From the NCBI GenBank assembly GCA_022841825.1, contig JALHQT010000006.1, positions 371,378 through 435,377 on the forward strand: DNA of 64,000 bases, read 5' to 3'. Position 1 is the first letter of the stretch. Each line of letters opens with the position of its first letter. The notes below the pieces were generated by a model. It saw nothing but the letters and a program-made list of their open reading frames with translations, had not been told where the DNA came from and ran no database searches. Shown one piece after another: positions 1-6,618 of this stretch. The position numbers and the translations under genes are program-made. This DNA is from Anaerolineae bacterium (GTDB taxonomy: Bacteria; Chloroflexota; Anaerolineae; Aggregatilineales; Phototrophicaceae).

Positions 1-1207
1 CCGCCACTCCACTCCCCATCCACAACGCCATGCCGACCTGCGCGGGCAGGAGGAACTTGAGGTTGTTCTCGCGGAAAAGCCCCTGCGCCAGGAAGACGCC
101 GACCGAGACGGTCACCCAGGCGGCAGGCAGGAACGCCAGTCTGGGAAGCCTCACCAGCCCGAACAGGAGCAGCAGCCACGCTACCGCGAGCAGTTCGTTG
201 CGCGCCGTCACGCCATAGATCAGCCAGTTGAGAATGACGTTCAGCGCCTGTGCCAGTTCGACCGGCTGACCGGTGTTGGGCCAGCCCCGGATCTGGATGA
301 GCGCCGTCGGCAGCCAGGGCACGAAGAGGATGAACGCCAGCGCCTGCGCCCCAATCACCGCCACCAACCTGCTGTAGGGACGAGGCGTGCCTTGTCCGCG
401 GCTGGAATCCCCCCGCACGTCCGCGTTCCACGCAGCGACCATCCACAGCGCCACCACGACCGTCTGCGTCAGCAGCACGTAGAAGTAGGCGTACTGCGTG
501 TACAAACCCGCCGCATTGACGAGACCCAGCGCAAGCGCCAGGCGAAGATGTGGGGCGGACGGCATGAATGCCGTCCCTACAACCCGCAATTTCGTAGGGA
601 CGGCATTCATGCCGTCCCTTCTGGAATTACCCTCCGCGCTCTCCGTGCCCTCGCGGTTCCGCTCGCTAAGCGTCCTCGCGAGCAGCCACAGACTCATTAC
701 GCCCCACAGCGCCAGCAGCGCGTACATGCGCGCTTCCTGCGCGTAGTAGATGCTGAAGCTGTTGAGTGCGACGAACAACGCCGCCGCCAGCGCCCCAACA
801 CTCCCGACGAGCCGCCGTGCCAGCGCCGCCGTGAACGCGACCGTCAGGACACTGGCAAAGGTCGAGAGCAGGCGCAGCGCGTATTCGCTTTCGCCCGCCA
901 GCGCGCGCCAGCCCGCCAGCAGCCAGTAGTAGCCCGGCGGATGAATGTCGCGCCCGGCATGATACGCGATGTCCGTGAACGAGCGTGTCGCCTGCACGTA
1001 GGCATTGCCTTCGTCATTCCACAACGACTGCCCGCCGAGCAGGTGGGCGCGCAGACCGAAGGCTAGAAGAAGGAGAGTGATGAGTAATGCGTAGCGAGTA
1101 ACGAGTGAAAAGTGCGCGGTGCGCGGTGCGTGGTGCGAAAATGCGTGTACCTGTAGGGACGAGGCATGCCTCGTCCGAGAATCCGCGTTGCCCTCGCCTT
1201 CGATCAT
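1..1207 (-). CDS. GT-C fold membrane glycosyltransferase (ArnT/PMT, GT39-like), partial: 3' end lies beyond the left window edge; start codon uncertain
   Basis: The reverse frame (codons 2-4, 5-7 ...) is open from 1207 down to position 1. It is missing from the ORF track only because it has no stop in the window. My own translation reads ...RYALLITLLLLAFGLRAHLLGGQSLWNDEGNAYVQATRSFTDIAYHAGRDIHPPGYYWLLAGWRALAG..., followed by many hydrophobic helices. That is TM1 followed by a D-E loop, as in ArnT/PMT enzymes. The only in-frame ATGs upstream of TM1 are at 1207 and 1255, and both lie inside repeat DNA. Confidence 0.6.
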   Translation of the reverse strand, partial: MIEGEGNADSRTRHASSLQVHAFSHHAPRTAHFSLVTRYALLITLLLLAFGLRAHLLGGQSLWNDEGNAYVQATRSFTDIAYHAGRDIHPPGYYWLLAGWRALAGESEYALRLLSTFASVLTVAFTAALARRLVGSVGALAAALFVALNSFSIYYAQEARMYALLALWGVMSLWLLARTLSERNREGTESAEGNSRRDGMNAVPTKLRVVGTAFMPSAPHLRLALALGLVNAAGLYTQYAYFYVLLTQTVVVALWMVAAWNADVRGDSSRGQGTPRPYSRLVAVIGAQALAFILFVPWLPTALIQIRGWPNTGQPVELAQALNVILNWLIYGVTARNELLAVAWLLLLFGLVRLPRLAFLPAAWVTVSVGVFLAQGLFRENNLKFLLPAQVGMALWMGSGVA

Positions 1208-1254
1208 GCGCCGTAGGGGACGACCCGTGTGTCCCGTATCGCGTGCCCCATCCA

Positions 1255-2982
1255 TCACCGTTTACGCCCCCGTGCACGCCACACCAGCCACCCGCCCCCC
1301 ACCAACACGACCGCCGCGCCGATCAGCGCGTTCATTGCCGTGCGATCGATGACAGTCACGCTGTCCAGCTCGAACGGACCCGGTGACGAGAAGCTGATCG
1401 TGCGCGTCTGCGCGTTAAGCGAGAGGAAGAGATGCCCACTCTGCCATTCCGTACCCTCGCGGCTTTCGCCAATCGAAAGCGGCGGGTCATTGCCGACACG
1501 CACGCTGATTGGCTCAACGCCGCGCCAGCGCAGGGCGATCTCGGTGCCGTGCATCATCACGGACAGCGCGGTCGTCCGCATGGCGCGATTGAACTGCGCC
1601 TCCGCAACTTCGACCTGTTCGGCATCTGCGTCAAAGCTCAGAAAACGGTGGTTCTCCTGATGTGTGCCCTGGTAGAGGATGGGCTGCTCATCGGCGATGT
1701 ACTGGCGCATGGCGTCGTAAATCGGCAGCGGTGTAAAGTCCGGCTCGACCATGCGGAAGTAATAGAATGCCTGATTGCGCTCGCCGTCCGACGCGCGCTT
1801 GAAGAACCAATAGTTAATCACCCCCAGCCAGCTCCATTCCTCGCGCGCTCGCTGGTATGCCAGCGGCATGTAACGCGCTGCTTCATCCGGCGTGACGATG
1901 CCGAATTGACCGTACTGCGAGGTGACGACGCTGGGGTCTTCCGGCTGCGCATTCCATGCCGCTTCCGCCAACCAGATCGGCTTATGCGAATCGCCGTTGG
2001 CGACCATGATGTCGCGGATGTAGAGGTGATGGCTGAAGGTGAGCGTCGTCGGGCGCATCCGGCGGTCGGTCGGTCCGCTGAAGAAGCCGTAGCCCTGGGT
2101 CGAAAGCACGTCGAAGCATTCCCCCGCGCCGGCGTCGTACATGCGCTGCAAGAAGATCAGGTCGCTCAGGTTGCGGTCGGTCAGGTTGATGGTCGGCGCG
2201 AGCGCGGCGGAGATGACCACGATGTTCGGGTCAACGTCCTTGAGCGCGCGGTACGTACGGCAGAGCATGTCGGTGTATGCCTCAGGATCGACCGCCTGCT
2301 CGCCCCATTCGGGGTAGATGTTCGGCTCATTCCAGATCTGGTAATGCAGGATGCGTCCGCGATAACGTTCGGCGACGGCGACCGCGTAATTGACGAAATC
2401 CTGTAGATTATCCGGCGGCGCTTTTTCGCCTATCGCCGGGTCGGCATGCGTCCAGCTTGGCGGGTTGCTCAGGCGGACTTGCAGACGCACCCCATACTCC
2501 TCGGCAACATCGACAATGTGGTCATACTTCGCCCAGGCGTCGATGGTATCGATAGTGCCGTCGCCGTTCACGTCGTTGCGCCGGTCGGTGAAATCGCCGC
2601 GCGCGTGGATTTCGATGTCTTCCCAGGGGAACTCCTGGCGTATCCAACCGAAGCCCGCCTCGGCGATCATCTGCACCTGCAAATCACGCTTGGCGACTTC
2701 GACCTCCTGCTCCAGAAAGGTGTTGATGCCGTAGGGCGACATGCCGACGTTGGCGATGGGGGCGAGCGCGTCGGTGCGCGGCTGCGGGCGGATGAACGCG
2801 CCCGGAAGCTCGATCAGAGCGCGCATCTGCGCCAGCGGCGCTTCCTCGCCGGTCACCGACCATAACGCCTGCCACACCAGCCCACGATTGGCGAGATCGA
2901 GCACGCCGAGGAAGGCGAAGACAAACAGGATGCCGCCCACGATCAACCAGCGGCGAACGAGAGGAAAGGATGTCCACAACAT
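1255..2982 (-). CDS. Membrane-anchored clan GH-A (GH5/GH39-like) glycoside hydrolase
   Basis: 575-aa ORF with an N-terminal TM (WLIVGGILFVFAFLGVL). The core carries HYQIWNEPN (acid/base Glu of the NEP motif) and IWLAEAAW (candidate nucleophile Glu). There is a C-terminal TM (ALIGAAVVLVGGGWLVW). Overlapping ORFs on the opposite strand are Arg/Ala-rich noise. Confidence 0.7.
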   Translation of the reverse strand: MLWTSFPLVRRWLIVGGILFVFAFLGVLDLANRGLVWQALWSVTGEEAPLAQMRALIELPGAFIRPQPRTDALAPIANVGMSPYGINTFLEQEVEVAKRDLQVQMIAEAGFGWIRQEFPWEDIEIHARGDFTDRRNDVNGDGTIDTIDAWAKYDHIVDVAEEYGVRLQVRLSNPPSWTHADPAIGEKAPPDNLQDFVNYAVAVAERYRGRILHYQIWNEPNIYPEWGEQAVDPEAYTDMLCRTYRALKDVDPNIVVISAALAPTINLTDRNLSDLIFLQRMYDAGAGECFDVLSTQGYGFFSGPTDRRMRPTTLTFSHHLYIRDIMVANGDSHKPIWLAEAAWNAQPEDPSVVTSQYGQFGIVTPDEAARYMPLAYQRAREEWSWLGVINYWFFKRASDGERNQAFYYFRMVEPDFTPLPIYDAMRQYIADEQPILYQGTHQENHRFLSFDADAEQVEVAEAQFNRAMRTTALSVMMHGTEIALRWRGVEPISVRVGNDPPLSIGESREGTEWQSGHLFLSLNAQTRTISFSSPGPFELDSVTVIDRTAMNALIGAAVVLVGGGWLVWRARGRKR

Positions 2983-2990
2983 AGCGCGAG

Positions 2991-2996
2991 ATTATA
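2991..2996 (-). promoter_or_regulatory. Perfect TATAAT -10 hexamer only 8 nt upstream of the ATG of the GH gene (possible leaderless mRNA)
   Basis: The plus strand reads attata at 2991-2996, which is TATAAT on the minus strand. The start codon is at 2980-2982. No Shine-Dalgarno sequence fits in the 8-nt gap. Confidence 0.3.
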
Positions 2997-3043
2997 GGAG
3001 CGATATGCACCTACGGAAAGTGACGACATACAAACGGCGTACA

Positions 3044-3067
3044 GATGAGCAAAATTGGCTAAAATAG
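3044..3067 (+). repeat. Left copy of an imperfect direct repeat bracketing the low-GC island
   Basis: gatgagcaaaattggctaaaatag (3044-3067) compared with gatgagggagttggttagaatag (5547-5569). They share GATGAG, TTGG and TA-AATAG blocks in the same order, about 17-18 identical positions with one 1-nt gap. Confidence 0.3.
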
Positions 3068-3093
3068 TGATGAGTGAGATGAGGAGCACATGG

Positions 3094-3342
3094 ATGGCAC
3101 TCCACGAACTGATACGCGCTGTGGATGAGCTTTCGAGTGAGGATTTCGAAGCGCTCTACATTCATATCCACGAACAGCGGGAATATCGCCAACACAGTGG
3201 GTCAGTTGATCGACACAATGACCCTATCGACATGCACGATCTGAGGCAAATTCTTGCTGAACTTCGTGAGGGATTCAGTGAGAGCGATCTTGACGAACTC
3301 AAGTGGGCGATGAATGTGGAGTATGTTGACAGGGCTGGGTGA
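3094..3342 (+). CDS. Small acidic helical protein (82 aa), antitoxin-like, function unknown
   Basis: GAGGAG Shine-Dalgarno (3081-3086) lies 7 nt upstream of the ATG at 3094, which is internal to track ORF 3055..3342. Sequence: MALHELIRAVDELSSEDFEALYIHIHEQRE...LRQILAELREGFSESDLDELKWAMNVEYVD. The pattern resembles the small partner proteins that usually precede PIN/VapC toxins, but this is recollection, not a search result. It lies in the low-GC island. Confidence 0.45.
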   Translation: MALHELIRAVDELSSEDFEALYIHIHEQREYRQHSGSVDRHNDPIDMHDLRQILAELREGFSESDLDELKWAMNVEYVDRAG

Positions 3343-3413
3343 CCACGCTAGTTCCCAGAAGACATGCTAATAAGCCGTGCTAAATTTCATAGTGTATGCA
3401 TATCATACATCAC

Positions 3414-3441
3414 TTATTAAGCGTCCGTTGTATGTTAAAAT
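3414..3441 (+). promoter_or_regulatory. Candidate sigma70-type promoter for the NERD-helicase gene
   Basis: TTATTA (3414-3419), a 16-nt spacer, then TAAAAT (3436-3441), in a very AT-rich spacer about 60 nt upstream of the ATG at 3504. The -35 is weak. Confidence 0.25.
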
Positions 3442-3503
3442 AGCTCAATCGAAGAAATGATGGTTTATAGAGGCAGAACGTTGCCTTGTAATAAGGTATC
3501 GAG

Positions 3504-5534
3504 ATGGCTACCTACGGAGAAAACCTTGTTGCGAGCTTGATTGAGAAATTGCCAAAAGATGAGTTTGAAGGTTTTTCAGAAGTACACATATCAACCACAA
3601 CAGCAGCCCACAAGTCACCTGACTTTGTAATTCTTTCCATTACAAGGGGACTATTTGTTGTCGAAGTTAAGGATTACAAGGAAATCCTTGACATCAATCA
3701 TGAATTCATCAGGATACGTCGAAATTCGGGTGAAATTGTTCAGGAGTCAAATCCTCTGGGTATAGCCGAAAAATATGCCCACAATTTGGTCAAACAGTTC
3801 GAAAAGTTTGACGAACTACTTCGAACCCATCAAGGGAAGCGCAAGTTAAAGTTTCCTTGGATACCTACGGCTTTTCTACCGCACATACCTCAGCACATTA
3901 TTGGAGTTATTGAAGACGGTGGCGTCTTCCCTAAGAATACGGTTCTCGGGAAAGAATCTCTTACACCTAATACTTTTGAGTCCGCACTAAGGACGATACC
4001 TAGTCGGTGGAAAATGGAAAACCAGCTTGGAGACGAAACTCGCAAAGTAGTGCGTGGCGTTCTCAAGCCACACCTCGTACTGTCAGACATCAGTACAGGA
4101 AGACCAATAGGTGTCATGAGTCGTCAACAAGAGGAAGAAGTTTACAGACCTATCCAACGTGAGCCACAAAAAGACCAGTATCAACAAACCCTGATACAGT
4201 TTGATGAGTCTGTTTCAGATGAACTGCTTTCTGCTGAAGCAAAAACAACGATCCACGATACCGGCATTCGCTTGGTAAGAGGAGTTGCTGGGAGCGGAAA
4301 ATCATTAGTTTTGGCAAAACGCGCCGAATTTCTAGCCAGTACATATCCAGAAAAGCAACTCTTGCTCTTAGCATTCAACAAAGACCTAATCCTTGATTTT
4401 AAGCGACGCATAAAAGGTGTTCCTCACATCGAGATTAGGACTTTTCACCAACTATGCCATGACATACTTGGGAAGAATTGGCATGAACCCGTTAGTCCTG
4501 AAGGATGGATTGCTCATTTCTTCAACGACTCCTTAATAGAACATGATCTCGACAGCCACTATGTAGCAGAAGAATTCGAATGGCGCGAAGAAACGAATCT
4601 TCATGATAGTGCTAAGTATCTGAATGCAAAGCGCGAAGGGCGACAACGCCCGCTCAGTAAGGCAAAACGCGAAGCTATCAATCAAATCTATGTGAAATAC
4701 CAAGCCTATTTAAAGGAGAATAACAGATTTGATTGGGCAACTGTATCTCAAAAAGCCCTTGAACTGTTGCAGCCTGCAAGCCCATTCTGGCAACGTTACG
4801 ATATTGTGTTAATCGATGAAGCTCAGGATTTCGCTCCAAGCTGGATTTCAGTCGTGAAGAAAGTCCTAAAGCCCGACGGCATTCTATTCATGTGTGATGA
4901 CCCATCACAAGCACTATTTCGCTCCTTCTCGTGGAAACGCAAAGGCATTGATGTCATGGGGCGTACCAGGGTCCTTAAAGTCCCATTCCGCAATACCGAG
5001 CAAATCACAGTCGCAGCTGTCAGCTTAATAGAAGCGAATCAAAAAATCCAAAAAAACGATGACTATGTATTGCCTGACCTAAAGGCAACCGAACTACGAC
5101 AAGGGGAAAAACCAATTCTTGTTGGCTTCAATGACGCCGTAGTAGAGAATGAATTTATGGAGAAATTCATTTACAAGATGCTCAGTATGGGGATACAGCC
5201 TCACAATATCGCAATTCTTTGTCATGACTCCAATCATGTACACTTCTGGAAAAAGTATACAGTTAAGCACAAGATATATGTTGAGTCATTCCGCAAAATG
5301 AAAGGGCTTGAGTTTGAAGTTGTCATTATCCCCGGTTTACATACCGCCTTCAAGGATTACCTTTCGTCGCCAGAAGAGATAATGGAAAGAAGGCGCCATA
5401 TGTATACAGCGATGACTCGCGCCCGAGAAATACTCATCATGACTTTTCAAGGTATTTTTCCTCCAGAGCTAGAACCTATATTACCCTATGTAAGCATGCA
5501 GGAGCCATTCACATCTAGCAGTAGCAAACTTTAG
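3504..5534 (+). CDS. NERD (PD-(D/E)xK nuclease-like) domain fused to a UvrD/PcrA-like SF1 helicase
   Basis: 676-aa ORF. The N-terminus carries PDFVILSITRGLFVVEVKDY, a D...ExK nuclease motif typical of NERD. Walker A is GVAGSGKS (aa ~260), Walker B is VLIDEAQDF (aa ~435), and the C-terminal UvrD_C-like motifs are KGLEFEVVIIPG and YTAMTRAREIL. GC is about 38-43% in spot counts, against about 67% in the flanking genes. Confidence 0.85.
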   Translation: MATYGENLVASLIEKLPKDEFEGFSEVHISTTTAAHKSPDFVILSITRGLFVVEVKDYKEILDINHEFIRIRRNSGEIVQESNPLGIAEKYAHNLVKQFEKFDELLRTHQGKRKLKFPWIPTAFLPHIPQHIIGVIEDGGVFPKNTVLGKESLTPNTFESALRTIPSRWKMENQLGDETRKVVRGVLKPHLVLSDISTGRPIGVMSRQQEEEVYRPIQREPQKDQYQQTLIQFDESVSDELLSAEAKTTIHDTGIRLVRGVAGSGKSLVLAKRAEFLASTYPEKQLLLLAFNKDLILDFKRRIKGVPHIEIRTFHQLCHDILGKNWHEPVSPEGWIAHFFNDSLIEHDLDSHYVAEEFEWREETNLHDSAKYLNAKREGRQRPLSKAKREAINQIYVKYQAYLKENNRFDWATVSQKALELLQPASPFWQRYDIVLIDEAQDFAPSWISVVKKVLKPDGILFMCDDPSQALFRSFSWKRKGIDVMGRTRVLKVPFRNTEQITVAAVSLIEANQKIQKNDDYVLPDLKATELRQGEKPILVGFNDAVVENEFMEKFIYKMLSMGIQPHNIAILCHDSNHVHFWKKYTVKHKIYVESFRKMKGLEFEVVIIPGLHTAFKDYLSSPEEIMERRRHMYTAMTRAREILIMTFQGIFPPELEPILPYVSMQEPFTSSSSKL

Positions 5535-5546
5535 CACCACTTCATG

Positions 5547-5569
5547 GATGAGGGAGTTGGTTAGAATAG
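5547..5569 (+). repeat. Right copy of the imperfect direct repeat bracketing the low-GC island
   Basis: See 3044-3067. It lies between the helicase stop (5534) and the methyltransferase start (5589). Confidence 0.3.
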
Positions 5570-5588
5570 GGATGAACTAAGACACACC

Positions 5589-6236
5589 ATGACCTGCTGC
5601 CGTCAGTGCGAAGGACTGGAAAACCTGTTTAACAGCAAGGTCGCGCGCGAAGACCTGGATGCATACCGCAAGCGCGGCGTGACGGGCACCACCCGTGCGC
5701 TGCTCGATCAGCTGCGCGCGGCGGGTGTTCAGGACATGTCGCTGCTCGATATCGGCGGCGGTGTCGGCGCTATCCAACATGAACTCTTCAAGAGCGGCAT
5801 CGGCAGCAGCCTGGCGGTCGATGCGTCCTCCGCCTATCTCGCGGCGGCGAAGTCCGAGGCGGTGCGGCAGGGTTATGCTGACCGCGCCGAGTATCGCTTC
5901 GGCGACTTCGTGCAAATCGCCCCAGAGCTTGAGCCGCACGACATCGTCACGCTCGACCGCGTCATCTGCTGCTTCCCGGATATGCCCAACATGGTAAGCC
6001 TGTCCGCCGCACGCGCAAAGCGGCTGTACGGCGTCGTCTATCCGCAGGATGGCTGGTGGCTGCGCGGCGCGCAGCACATCGCGGGTGCGGCGCTGGCGCT
6101 CGTGCGCAGCAAATACCGCTTCTACATCCACTCGACGCGCGAAATCGACGCGCTCATCCAAGCAGAGGGGCTGCGCCCACGCTTTCATACCCGCGCGGGG
6201 TTGGTCTGGCAGGTGTCTGTCTACGCGCGGGAGTGA
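5589..6236 (+). CDS. Class I SAM-dependent methyltransferase
   Basis: 215 aa. Motif I is LLDIGGGVGAI, followed by an acidic residue at the end of beta-2 (AVDAS). An N-terminal CCRQC cysteine cluster is present. GC is native. Confidence 0.75.
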   Translation: MTCCRQCEGLENLFNSKVAREDLDAYRKRGVTGTTRALLDQLRAAGVQDMSLLDIGGGVGAIQHELFKSGIGSSLAVDASSAYLAAAKSEAVRQGYADRAEYRFGDFVQIAPELEPHDIVTLDRVICCFPDMPNMVSLSAARAKRLYGVVYPQDGWWLRGAQHIAGAALALVRSKYRFYIHSTREIDALIQAEGLRPRFHTRAGLVWQVSVYARE

Positions 6237-6253
6237 ATCCGCCATAAGACCGA

Positions 6254-6282
6254 TTGACACCATCGCACAATCTGTGATACGT
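6254..6282 (+). promoter_or_regulatory. Candidate promoter (perfect TTGACA -35) ahead of the mini-ORF / RIO kinase leader
   Basis: TTGACA at 6254-6259, with weak -10 candidates (gatacg/tacgtt) 17-18 nt downstream. Confidence 0.25.
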
Positions 6283-6320
6283 TATCCTCGGTTCTGACCC
6301 GTTGTGCGTTATTGAACACG

Positions 6321-6350
6321 CTGTAGGGACGCAATATATTGCGCCCCTGC
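6321..6350. repeat. REP-like palindromic element, GTAGGG(G/A)CG family
   Basis: ctgtagggacgcaatatattgcgcccctgc. The arms gggacgcaa and ttgcgcccc pair with one mismatch. Confidence 0.7.
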
Positions 6351-6387
6351 CCAAACGGCAACACCAGTACTTCATTAAGGAGGCGTC

Positions 6388-6450
6388 ATGTCTGCAACCA
6401 TCACCCACAAAGCCCTTGTGGCATCCGCGCCTGTGGAGACTCTGCGTTAG
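6388..6450 (+). CDS. 20-codon mini-ORF with a strong Shine-Dalgarno (MSATITHKALVASAPVETLR); possible leader peptide or small protein
   Basis: AAGGAGG (6378-6384) lies 3 nt upstream of the ATG at 6388, and the stop TAG is at 6448-6450. It sits in the 380-nt spacer upstream of the RIO kinase gene. Confidence 0.3.
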   Translation: MSATITHKALVASAPVETLR

Positions 6451-6618
6451 GTCAGCAACGCCCGTTCCATCCCCGACCTCGCAACTGCATCTCGTCTCCA
6501 CCGCGCGGCACATCAGCACTGCCCTGCGGAGGCGTCTTCGTGCGCCTGTGACACATGTCGCGCTCGAACTGCGCGCGGCGACACATCATGAGAGACATGC
6601 ATTTGACGAGGAAACCCC

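Noticed and set aside
392-1066. 224-aa plus-strand ORF and the nested ORF 498..746
   Set aside because: They are Arg/Gln/Pro-rich and run through REP palindromes. The opposite strand carries an open, hydrophobic GT-C-like frame that continues off the window.
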